DNA of 64,000 bases from Candidatus Multivoradales bacterium (GTDB lineage: Bacteria; Acidobacteriota; Thermoanaerobaculia; Multivoradales; JAHEKO01): the NCBI GenBank assembly GCA_965248055.1, contig CBDFIJ010000004.1:864001-928000 (forward strand). The letters run 5' to 3'. Below, in pieces: positions 39,767 through 49,700 of the stretch. The stretch's first letter is position 1. Every line of letters starts with the position of its first letter. The notes beneath the pieces are model-generated. The model was given only the letters and a program-made list of their open reading frames with translations. It had not been told where the DNA came from and did no database searches. The position numbers and the translations under genes are program-made.

Positions 39767-41116
39767 CTAGTTCGGCTCCGCGATCGTGCCGTTCCCAGCC
39801 GCAACCGAGAACGGATTATCGCCCGATGCAGACAGCAACTCTCTCAGCAGCGCGATGTTCATCCGATGGCCAGACCGTTCTGCGGTGACCTTGCCACGCA
39901 CCGGGTAGCCCAGCAGGTAGAGGTCACCAATGATGTCCAGCACTTTGTGGCGGGCAAATTCATTTTCAAATCGGAGCTCGGTATTGAGCACTCCTTCGTC
40001 GCCGACCAGGATGCAGTTGTTCAACCGTCCACCAACCGCCAAACCCAGCTCCGCCATCATCGCCAAGTCACTCATGAAACCAAAAGTCCGGGCCGAGGCA
40101 ATCTGATCGGTGTAGTGATCCGCACCGTCGAGTTCAAATGCACAAGTTTGGTCGCCCACCGGCGGCGGGTAACTCAATTGATACCCGACCGAGAATCCGT
40201 CGTAGGGTTCGATGCGCAGGCGGCGATCTCCATCTTCGATTTGGTAGGCCCGGTCAATTACGACTTCGCGACGACCGACTGGCTGATCCACCACCTCAGC
40301 CTTGCGGATCGCCTGACAAAACTCGGCGGCAGAACCGTCCAACACCGGGATCTCGCCGTTAACCCGAACCATCAGGTTGGTAATGCCAAATGCATGCAAC
40401 GCCGACAGCAGATGCTCGACCGTCTTGATGTGCTCGCCGCCGCCAGAAACCGTGGTCGCGTAATTGGTATTGGCGACGCTGCTGACGTGCGAAGGGATCA
40501 CGCTGCGCCCTGGGATGGTCATGAAATGAATGCCGGTATCGGGCGGCAAAGGGTGCATCGTCATTGCCGTGTCTTGTCCGGAGTGCAGGCCAATCCCCGA
40601 GAGTACGGTTGACCCCGATAAGGTGCGCTGAGGGCGATCACTACGCTCTATCAAGGAAAACACCGGTGGTGAGCGAAATTTTTCAACCGCACCAATCTTC
40701 ATGGCTCGTTGTTCCAAGGAACGGCGCAAACTATCGTCGGCAGAAACCTGGAGGGCGAAGCCAAATCCCTGATTGAGTCGTTCAACAACGCTGTGGAGCG
40801 AGAGGGGCTTCTCCAAGTAGTCTAAGGCACCCATCTTGATTGCCGAGGCAGCGGTCGAGGTCGTCCCGTGCCCTGACATGACGATCACTGCGACCGCGGA
40901 ATCGATCTCCAGAAGCTCTTGCAAGGTCTCCAGGCCGTCTCGATCCGGCAGCCAAACATCCAGGAAGGCAACCCGCGGGCGGTGCTCTCGATACAGGGCA
41001 AGCGCTTCTTCGCTGCTTCCGGCACACAGCGGCTCGCATCCTTCGTCGCGCACAATTTGCGCCAAGGTACTACGAATGCCCGGTTCGTCATCAACGATCA
41101 AAACATGGTTGCTCAT
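39767..41116 (-). CDS. lpxC: Response-regulator receiver domain fused to UDP-3-O-acyl-N-acetylglucosamine deacetylase
   Basis: REC: VLIVDDE, FLD53VWLPDRDG, MSGHG, EKP. LpxC: QRTL..GIGLHSG, TVEHLLSAL, EIPVLDGSA, ARTFGF, RHKVLDIIGDL, SGH. Confidence 0.92.
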   Translation of the reverse strand: MSNHVLIVDDEPGIRSTLAQIVRDEGCEPLCAGSSEEALALYREHRPRVAFLDVWLPDRDGLETLQELLEIDSAVAVIVMSGHGTTSTAASAIKMGALDYLEKPLSLHSVVERLNQGFGFALQVSADDSLRRSLEQRAMKIGAVEKFRSPPVFSLIERSDRPQRTLSGSTVLSGIGLHSGQDTAMTMHPLPPDTGIHFMTIPGRSVIPSHVSSVANTNYATTVSGGGEHIKTVEHLLSALHAFGITNLMVRVNGEIPVLDGSAAEFCQAIRKAEVVDQPVGRREVVIDRAYQIEDGDRRLRIEPYDGFSVGYQLSYPPPVGDQTCAFELDGADHYTDQIASARTFGFMSDLAMMAELGLAVGGRLNNCILVGDEGVLNTELRFENEFARHKVLDIIGDLYLLGYPVRGKVTAERSGHRMNIALLRELLSASGDNPFSVAAGNGTIAEPN

Positions 41117-41169
41117 GCTGGTTACGATCCTTCTTAGCGCACTTCTTGAGTAGACCCACGGAAGGCTGA

Positions 41170-42969
41170 TTGCACCTCCACCACCTCCGTGGCATTGTAG
41201 CCCTAGTGGCCTATCCCAGTCCCAATATCCTCGTCCCTAAACCGCGGGACATCCGTGTTGGCAATGCGTTCCCAACCCCGCAGTCGGTGGCCCTGCGAGG
41301 CCCCTGGTCCGAAGACCTGGCCCATTCCTTCGATGCCGACGCCAACACTGGGTGGTCGATCGAAATCCAGATCGACGCAGAGATACCGAGTCAGCACTAT
41401 CGATTGAATCTCACTAGCTCGGGTGCGGTCCTCCAGACCTCGGACCGCTCTGGGGCATGGAATGGGCTGCAAACCACTCGCCAATGGTTGCAGGCACACC
41501 AAGCGCTCCCTCAAATATCAGCGCTGTCAGTGGTCGATGGCCCGGATTTCGTGCGCCGAGGAATCACACTCGATATCAGCCGTTGCCGAGTGCCGCAAAT
41601 GAGCCAGCTCTACGCCCTGGTCGATAGCCTGGCGGGATGGAAGATCAATCAACTCCAGCTCTATACCGAACACACCTTCGCCTACGCTGGCCACAAGCAG
41701 GCGTGGAACGGCTGCTCTCCGATAACCGCGGAGGAAATTCATGCCTTAAGTACTTATTGTGCCCAGCGCGAGGTTCGACTGGTGCCCAATCAAAACAGCC
41801 TGGGTCATTTTCATCGCTGGTTGAAACACGCCGCGTACCGTCCACTTGCCGAATGCCCACAGGGAATCGAACACCCTTTTAGCTCGGCAGTCGAGCCTTA
41901 CGGACTGTGTGCCACCGATCCGCGGGTGTTCGATCTGCTCAGCGACCTCTACGGTCAACTGCTGCCCCAGATCGACGGCGACCGAGTACACGTCGGCTGC
42001 GATGAGACCATCGACCTAGGACGGTGTCGCTCGAAGTCCGAGGCTGCCGCACGGGGAGTTCCGGCCCTGTTCACTGACTACGTGCTGCGCCTGCGCCAAC
42101 TGGCGGCCCGCTGGGATCGCAAGCTGGAGATCTGGGCGGATACCCCGTTGGCGAATCCAGAGATGGTCGACCAACTCCCGGACGACGTACGCCTTCAGGT
42201 CTGGGGTTACGAGGCCGAGCACCCCTTTGACCAACAATTGAGTCTATTGCACGGTAGAGACATCGACATCTGTCCGGGTACCAGCAGTTGGTGCAGCTTG
42301 GCGGGGCGGTCCAACAATGCTCTGGCCAACCTCAGTGCGGCTGCTCAAGCCGGAGTCGGCCATGCGGCGGGTTATGTAATCACCGATTGGGGTGATTACG
42401 GACATCCGCAGCCGCCTTCGGTGAGCACACTTGGTTATCTCGCAGGTTCGGACCTGGCTTGGAACGCGGTTGGCCGAGCCAGTGACCAGTACCGGGTTCT
42501 GCTCCAGCAGCATCTGGGGGATGGCATTGGTGCAGCCCTGTTTGACCTGGGCACGGCTCACGAAGCGTTGGCCACCCCTTGTTTCAACGGCACTCCCCTG
42601 TTTCATCTGTTGTTTCATTGGCAAGATTCGCTGTCCCATGGTCGCTATCGGGGCCTGGGAGCGAGCGATCTCAAAACCGCCAAGAGTGCGATCGACCGGG
42701 TTGCTGATCCAGGGAGTCACTCGCTCAAGAACGACATCCTGTGGCTTCGCAAAGGCCTGCAACTGTCGTGTGACTTAGGCCTCGCCCGCCTCGAACACCA
42801 CGACCGGATCGACCAACTACCACCCAGGGTTCGCGCCGATCTCGCCGATCGGCTGGCTACTTGGAGGTCGGACTACGCCGAACTGTGGCTGTCGACGTCG
42901 AGAACCGGTGGATTTGACGAATCGGTGGCACCGCTTGAGTCGCTGGGGGCAGCGCTTTCCACCGGCTGA
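41170..42969 (+). CDS. Glycoside hydrolase family 20 (beta-N-acetylhexosaminidase-like)
   Basis: RGITLDISR, KINQLQLYTEHTF, HVGCDE catalytic motif and TDWGDYGH. Confidence 0.9.
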   Translation: MHLHHLRGIVALVAYPSPNILVPKPRDIRVGNAFPTPQSVALRGPWSEDLAHSFDADANTGWSIEIQIDAEIPSQHYRLNLTSSGAVLQTSDRSGAWNGLQTTRQWLQAHQALPQISALSVVDGPDFVRRGITLDISRCRVPQMSQLYALVDSLAGWKINQLQLYTEHTFAYAGHKQAWNGCSPITAEEIHALSTYCAQREVRLVPNQNSLGHFHRWLKHAAYRPLAECPQGIEHPFSSAVEPYGLCATDPRVFDLLSDLYGQLLPQIDGDRVHVGCDETIDLGRCRSKSEAAARGVPALFTDYVLRLRQLAARWDRKLEIWADTPLANPEMVDQLPDDVRLQVWGYEAEHPFDQQLSLLHGRDIDICPGTSSWCSLAGRSNNALANLSAAAQAGVGHAAGYVITDWGDYGHPQPPSVSTLGYLAGSDLAWNAVGRASDQYRVLLQQHLGDGIGAALFDLGTAHEALATPCFNGTPLFHLLFHWQDSLSHGRYRGLGASDLKTAKSAIDRVADPGSHSLKNDILWLRKGLQLSCDLGLARLEHHDRIDQLPPRVRADLADRLATWRSDYAELWLSTSRTGGFDESVAPLESLGAALSTG

Positions 42970-43622
42970 CGCTGATCGGCATCGGTCACCTTGCGCGCTC
43001 CCAAGTAGAATGCCAGCACCCCGAACATACCGATCACGTGATAGAGATCATTGTGATTGAAGTTGCGGTGCAAGGTGAAGCCTGAGCGTTGGATGATCGA
43101 GGCGAGGGCAGTGATGCCGATCGCAGTCAGCCACCAGCGCATACTCGCTTGCTGGTGTCCGCGCACCAAGGTGGTTGCCGCTAGCAAGCCGACCACCACC
43201 AAAGCAAATCCATAGCCAGCGACCACGAACTTAAAATCACTGTGCCGTGCCATCCAGGTCGCATAGACCAGGAAATGTGCTCCTGCCAACAACATCACAA
43301 CTGTGCGCAGCGGATTGCGGGCGCTGGCGTAGGCAGTGCCCACCATCATCGAATAACTCGCCAGCCCCATGGCAAAAAAGACCGTACGCCACAAACCACT
43401 GTCCAACCAGCTAGGCGACTGCACCGCAAACGCGTGTGCGACGCCACCGGCGAAAGCGGCGACCGCCAAAGCGATTAAGGCGACAGCCCAATACCAGCGG
43501 GCGCTGGAACGGGCGCCCAGTTGCGAAGTGGAATTCTCCTTCCACAGGCGTCGAGCGCACAGCACCGCAACTAAGGCGACCAACAAATCGGTGAAAAACG
43601 TCATCGGTTCAGAAATCGGCAC
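42873..43622 (-). CDS. Multi-pass membrane protein (DUF6962-like)
   Basis: EPMTFFTD, GGVAH and FNHNDLYH motifs; about 7 TM helices. Confidence 0.75.
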   Translation of the reverse strand: MPISEPMTFFTDLLVALVAVLCARRLWKENSTSQLGARSSARWYWAVALIALAVAAFAGGVAHAFAVQSPSWLDSGLWRTVFFAMGLASYSMMVGTAYASARNPLRTVVMLLAGAHFLVYATWMARHSDFKFVVAGYGFALVVVGLLAATTLVRGHQQASMRWWLTAIGITALASIIQRSGFTLHRNFNHNDLYHVIGMFGVLAFYLGARKVTDADQRQPVESAAPSDSSGATDSSNPPVLDVDSHSSA

Positions 43623-43669
43623 GCGGCTATCATTGCGGCACGACCCGCTGCGGTCAATAGCAGTCCATC

Positions 43670-46600
43670 ATGCCCTCCCTCACTCCCCCACAACCCCCTG
43701 CATCCTCGACCGTGATCCAAGCATCGGGAACCCTGGCTTGCCAGGACCTGTTGTTCGACCGTCTGGATTCCTTGCTCGAGAATTACCAGACCCAGCCGGA
43801 CTTTCGCTCGCAGATCTGGCTGGTGGTACCAACTCGCGTCCTGCTTCGCCACCTACAACACCGCACAGTAGAAAGGTTGGGCGCCACACTCGGCCTGCGC
43901 TTCTGGACTCTCGGCGCTCTGGTGCGATCCCTGATTGCCAACGATCGGCACCACTCCGAAGCCAACAAGGATCGTTCGTCGAACGATGAGGACCCGACCG
44001 GCGACGATCTGCTGTTCGAGATCCTCGCCACGCGCCACCTAGCGGAACTGCGCGACACCAGCTTTGAACGCGCTCGAGGTCCAGGCGGCGCGCTGCGAGA
44101 TCTGGTCGATGCGGGGCTGGAGATTGAGCACCTCGGTAGCGTCATCGAACAGCTTGGCGACGCTGAGGTGTCCGGCGAGGACATCCAACGAGCCGAACAA
44201 CTGTTAATCGCTTGTGGAAAAACACTACAAGCTGCCGAGCAAGCGGGCATCTTCCCCGCTCGGCTGCGCTATGCAAGAGCCACCCAAACCTTGGACCAAG
44301 CAAACCAATACCCGAACTCCAGCGGCAACCCAAGCTCACTGTTGGTCTATGGCTTCGCCGACCTCACCGGCACCGGAGCTGATTTTCTACAAACCCTGGT
44401 CAACCGGTTCCATGGAACGGTGATCCTGAATCGACCTCCCGAGCCAGACGCCGCGACCCCGATTCCCGCGATCGATCGATATTTGCAGCGTTGGCAATCT
44501 CGACTCGCTCCACCGATCCTCGATTCCAGATCCGCTGCGTCACCAACAGTCACAGTGTTTCGCGCCGCCAAGCCCGCCGAAGAAATGCGCGGAATTGGCA
44601 CTCGCATTCGAACACTGCTGGAGCAAGGGATTACGCCGTCGTCGATTGGCGTGGTGCTTCGCCAACCGCTGGTCTATGCGCTGCCAGCGCTCAACGAACT
44701 GAGCCGACTGGAGATTCCCTGTTCAGCGCCGGGGCTGCCTGGGTTCCTGCTGCCCAGCGGGCGGCGTATTCGCGCTCTGTGCGACCTCCTCGATCACGGC
44801 GAGGCGGCACCCCTGGACCGCTGGCTCGACGCCCGTTGGGAGGCTGGGTCTTGGGAGGCCAGTGCTTTGGAGACCTACCCATGCGATGACCCAGACAGCG
44901 GAATTCCAACCTTCGAGATTCGCCGCCGGTTGGCACTCACCGGACTGCGGACTCTGGGGCATCTAGCGCGCCTAGAAGTGGACAACGAAAGCGACTCCTC
45001 CACCGAGGGCGGCAGGCAAGCGAAGTGGTGCGACGAAGCGAGCCAGATTCTCTCACTGCTGCACAGCTGGCGTTCCGGAGCGGGCGTTGACCATGCCCAT
45101 CAACTGGCCCAGCTGATCAAGCTTCTGCGCTGGCCCGAAGAGGAAATCTCGGCGATCGATATCGACTCACGGCTTCAGCCTCTGGAGTTGGAGCTTTCGT
45201 TCGATGAGTTTCGCTACTGGCTGAAACGTTCTACCGAAGACGACGGACGAACCGACTCAGATCCATGGACGCTCGGCGGGGTCCGCATCCTGAGAATTCA
45301 AGACGCTCGGGACGTGACCTTTTCCCACCTGTTCATTCCGGGGATGAGCCGGGGGCTCTTTCCACGCGCCATTCAAGGCGACGCCGAGTTGCGTGAGGAA
45401 TTACGCGAGTTGCTGGCCGGCGGATTGGTACCCGATCTGCCCTTGGCAAGTCGCTTCCACGACGAGGAAAGATATTTGTTTGCGCAACTATTGAGCGCTG
45501 CCCCCACAGTGACTCTCAGCCATTCGGAACGCAATCTCGACGAACGTTTAATGCCCCGGTCTTCTCTGCTGAGTCTGCTTCCGGCGGAAACCACGACTCA
45601 GATACCTCGTGGGGTCCCCGGTCCACAGGAGCCAGAGTTCGCACAATCTTGGAGCACTCTCAGCCCCTTTCAACGCCGGATTCAAGCAGGCCTTTGGAGT
45701 CGTAACCTGCAAGGGGAGGAGTTGTCCGCGGCGTCCATCGCGGTACTTGACGAGTACAACCGTGACGGACCCAGTCCCTACTTGGGTTGGATCGGTCCTT
45801 CCGAAGACGCTGGTGATCGACGCAACCGAACCGTCTACGTGACTCGTCTGGAAGGCTACGCTCGGTGCCCTTGGCAAACCTACCTGCGGAACTTCCTCAA
45901 GCTACGCCAACGCCAAGATCCCGATCTGGTCGCCCCAGATCTGCCACCGTTGGCCGTCGGTGCGGTGGTTCACGATCTACTTAAGGACATCGCCATAGCC
46001 GACGGCGTCCCCAGTGGCCCTTGGCGACGAGTGGCCGAGAACCAGCCGCAGGCCATGACTTGGCCCGACCAGGATGTATTGCAAGAAATGGTAGTCCAGG
46101 CGGCTCACAATTACACCAATCGTCAGGGAGTACGATTGCCCGGCTATGCCGAGACCCTGGCTCACGCGGTCGCCGCAACGCTTCAGCGGGCTCAAGCGGC
46201 AGACCTTCAGACCAAGACCCAAGTTGTGGCAGTGGAAAGCGAGGGAGTAGCCCAGTTCGATCGGCAAACGGTCGCTTTCCGCGTCGACCGACTGGAGATG
46301 CGCGACGGTGCCTTGCTAGCCACCGATTTTAAGACCGGAAGCCGCGCCCAGACCGGACGTCCCGCCACTCAGATTGGTAAGGCCCAATGGCTACAACTCC
46401 CCACCTACCTCTTGGGCGGTGCGGAGCAAGCACAGTTGTTGTTCATTGGCGACCGTGATCACCCCCAAGGCTTGGAAGTTGGTCTGGGTCTCGACGACAC
46501 CAAGGCGGTGGAAACATTTCGCGAACTGGCGGCGACTTTGTCCCAAGGATGGAGACAAGGGCGTTTCTTTCCTCGAGTCCTTACCCACTCCGGAAGTCGA

Positions 46601-46732
46601 CCGCGAACCTGCACCTGGTGCGAATTTGCTGAAGCCTGCTCCGAACGGGATCCCTTCGCCCGCAACCGAGTCAAGGAGGCGGTCGAGGCCGACGGCCCGG
46701 CAAATGGTGTCTGGAAGGTGGGGGTCGGATGA
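43670..46732 (+). CDS. addB: AddB-like inactive helicase / PD-(D/E)XK nuclease with Fe-S staple
   Basis: VVPT, YGFAD, EERYLF, YARCPW, RVDRLE..DFKTG, QLPTY and CTWCEFAEAC motifs. Confidence 0.82.
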   Translation: MPSLTPPQPPASSTVIQASGTLACQDLLFDRLDSLLENYQTQPDFRSQIWLVVPTRVLLRHLQHRTVERLGATLGLRFWTLGALVRSLIANDRHHSEANKDRSSNDEDPTGDDLLFEILATRHLAELRDTSFERARGPGGALRDLVDAGLEIEHLGSVIEQLGDAEVSGEDIQRAEQLLIACGKTLQAAEQAGIFPARLRYARATQTLDQANQYPNSSGNPSSLLVYGFADLTGTGADFLQTLVNRFHGTVILNRPPEPDAATPIPAIDRYLQRWQSRLAPPILDSRSAASPTVTVFRAAKPAEEMRGIGTRIRTLLEQGITPSSIGVVLRQPLVYALPALNELSRLEIPCSAPGLPGFLLPSGRRIRALCDLLDHGEAAPLDRWLDARWEAGSWEASALETYPCDDPDSGIPTFEIRRRLALTGLRTLGHLARLEVDNESDSSTEGGRQAKWCDEASQILSLLHSWRSGAGVDHAHQLAQLIKLLRWPEEEISAIDIDSRLQPLELELSFDEFRYWLKRSTEDDGRTDSDPWTLGGVRILRIQDARDVTFSHLFIPGMSRGLFPRAIQGDAELREELRELLAGGLVPDLPLASRFHDEERYLFAQLLSAAPTVTLSHSERNLDERLMPRSSLLSLLPAETTTQIPRGVPGPQEPEFAQSWSTLSPFQRRIQAGLWSRNLQGEELSAASIAVLDEYNRDGPSPYLGWIGPSEDAGDRRNRTVYVTRLEGYARCPWQTYLRNFLKLRQRQDPDLVAPDLPPLAVGAVVHDLLKDIAIADGVPSGPWRRVAENQPQAMTWPDQDVLQEMVVQAAHNYTNRQGVRLPGYAETLAHAVAATLQRAQAADLQTKTQVVAVESEGVAQFDRQTVAFRVDRLEMRDGALLATDFKTGSRAQTGRPATQIGKAQWLQLPTYLLGGAEQAQLLFIGDRDHPQGLEVGLGLDDTKAVETFRELAATLSQGWRQGRFFPRVLTHSGSRPRTCTWCEFAEACSERDPFARNRVKEAVEADGPANGVWKVGVG

Positions 46733-49700
46733 GCAAACAACTCGATCTATTTCCCAACGGCTCCGGTCCTCCGGAGGCAGACACTGCAACGACTGCGACT
46801 TCAAAGGGCGATGACTCAGCGGCCTCCACGTCGGAGAACACGGCTTCGGAGAACACGGCTTCGGTGAACACTGCCTCAGAGAACACTGCTTCGGTGAGCA
46901 CTGCCTCGGGGAACACTGCCTCAGAGAACACTGCCTCGACAACCACCGACTCCACCGCGCGGCAACGCGCCGCCTGTACCTTTGATCGCCCGGTCACCGT
47001 CGAAGCCGGGGCTGGTACCGGAAAAACCACTCTGCTGATCCACCGTCTACTGGTGTGGACTCTCGACGCTGGGTGGAAACACGCTGCCCGCCGAAAGAGA
47101 AACCAAGGCGCACCGTCGCAAGAGATTGCCTCCGAGCGCACCGCAGGGCAGATCCTGGATCGGATCGTCGCCATCACCTTCACCGAAGCCGCGGCAACCG
47201 AATTGGCGGACCGCTTTATCACCGCAATCACTAACGCAGCCCACTTGGAATTTCCACCCGGCTTTGACCGTGACTGGATCGAAACGGATGACGCCACCGT
47301 GCAACAACGCACCCGATGGCTGATGCCGCAGTTGGACCGTGCTCACATCTCAACCATCCACGCATGGTGTTTCGAGGTGTTGCGCCGCCACCCCTACGTC
47401 GCCGAGGTTCAGTCCGACCTGGAAATCCTGGCCGACGCCCAACAGATCGAGGCTGTGGCCCGACAAGTAGTGGAAAAGCACTACGCCCTGGCCTATCAGC
47501 AGGGCTATGACGCCGACTTGGTCCGCCTGGGGGAAGAAAAGATCGGCCCCAGGGATCTGATCGAAATTGCCCGCACCTGGATCACTGCCGACTGGAACTT
47601 GGATCACCAACTCCCCGAAGACGACGGACTGTCCACTGCGCTCGAAGTGATCTGCAGCAGCGCCCACGCCTTGGCTGACGCCGCTACACCCAGCCTGGGC
47701 ACCTTGGGTGGCAAGAATCTGGCTCCTCTAGTGGTCGAAGCGGCCCAGGCAACATCCCAACTCGATGGCAGCGACCCCGCTGAGGCATTGCAGCAACTCA
47801 ACAGCCTGTGGTCAGACAAGCTGCGGAAGCGGGCGGTCTCGTGGGCCGAACGAGACTTCAATGCCACCGAGGCGAGGGCGATCCGTTCTACCTCGACAGG
47901 CCAAGAGAACATCGGCCAAGCCGCGACCGGACTGGCACTGTACCTTCCGATTCTGCGCTTCTTGGACCCAATACGCTGGGGACGACGGAGACGAGTTCTA
48001 GTCGCCATCCTGAACGACCTCCAAGTGGCCCTCAACGAGGCGTCAGCGATCACCTTCGGTGGCCTACTGCGCCGTACCGCGGAGCTGCTCAACAACCACC
48101 CGGAAGTTGCTAGGAGCGAGCGCAACCGGATCGATCTGTTATTGGTCGATGAATTCCAAGATACCGATTCTCAGCAGGCGTCCTTGGTGACTTCGTTGTC
48201 GTTACATCAGGAATCCGGCCCCTGCCTGATCGTGGTCGGTGATCCCAAGCAATCGATCTATGGCTGGCGTAGCGCGGACTTGGAAACCTATGAACAAGTG
48301 CAAACGGCGGTACGCAAACGCAAGGGACTGGAATTGGTGCTGACCCAGAATTTCCGCAGTACCGGCGAGATTCTGGCTGCGACCGACCACATTGTTGGCT
48401 CGCAGATGGTCCTGAATCCGGGAATTCAGCCGCTCTACCATCCACTAGAACTAGGAGCCTCGCACGCCACGGAACCCGGCCAAGCGGTGGAGCTTTGGCG
48501 CACCCCACCAGCACTCAAGGCCGCAGAGGCCACCCATCTGGAGGCTGAGTGGTTAGCCCATGACTTACAGCAGAGACACAGCGCAGGAGGTCTCCAGTGG
48601 CACCAAGTGGGCATCTTGATGCGCGGCAAGACGCATGTACGAACCCTGCTCCGGGCTCTGCGCCGCCGGGGCGTTCCCTACGTGCTCAGCTCCGACGCTG
48701 GTTTTCACCAACGCAGCGAAGTGATCGACGGCGCCGCCTGGGTGCGCTTGGTGGCGGATCCCACCGACGAAGTCGCGCTACTCAAAGTCTGCCGCTCTCC
48801 GGTGGTCGGCATCCCCGACGGCGCCCTTCTGCCCTTGTGGACCGGAGACTTCGTGCAATTGATGGCGGGTTTTGACAAACCGAACAGCGAAACCGAAATC
48901 CTACTGCGAAATCAACTTACGGAAGCAGCGGCCAGCCTAGGTGAGATTCCCGGCCTGGAGCGAATCGAGGGATGGGTCGAACTGGCGAGCTCTAGCCTGG
49001 GCCACATCGGCGCTCTGCGCCAGACCCTGCGGCAACACTCGTTCGTCGAGTTCATCAACCGTTTGCGCGAAGTGACCGCGATTGAAACGATCGAAGCGCG
49101 ACGTCCCGAAGGAGAAGCGCGAACCGCAAACCTGGAAAAACTCTTTGACCAACTAGTGCAGCAAGTGGAAGAGTCGGGTGGCGACACCCACGCGGTGTTG
49201 CGAGTGTTGCGACGCGGCATCTTCTTTGAGCTGCCAGCCGAAGAAGCGCTATCCCTAACTCCGGCCGACGGCGCGGTGCAAGTGGCGACCGTCCATGCTG
49301 CCAAGGGCCTAGAGTTCGATCACGTCTACCTGATTCAAACCGGCTCCGGTGGAGGTCACGATGACACCACCTTGCAAGTGGAACCGACACGACCGGGCGC
49401 CACCTTGATTCGCTCGGTCGCCCATCCGCAATGGGCCCACGGCAGGTTGCGCCGTAGACAAGTGACCGAGGCCGAGGCCTTGCGGCTACTCTACGTCGCT
49501 CTGACCCGAGCTCGGCGACGCTTGGTCATTAGCCTGCCGGGGAAACCTAGAGCCAACACTTTGGCCAAGCTGATTGATTCGACAATTGCCAGCAGCCCCA
49601 ATGTGTGGCTTGAACGCGAACTCACCGACTCTCCGGATGAGCACATCGACCCCAACCTCGACGCCAATCGTCACCAACCGCTGCCCAATCCGCCTTGGAC

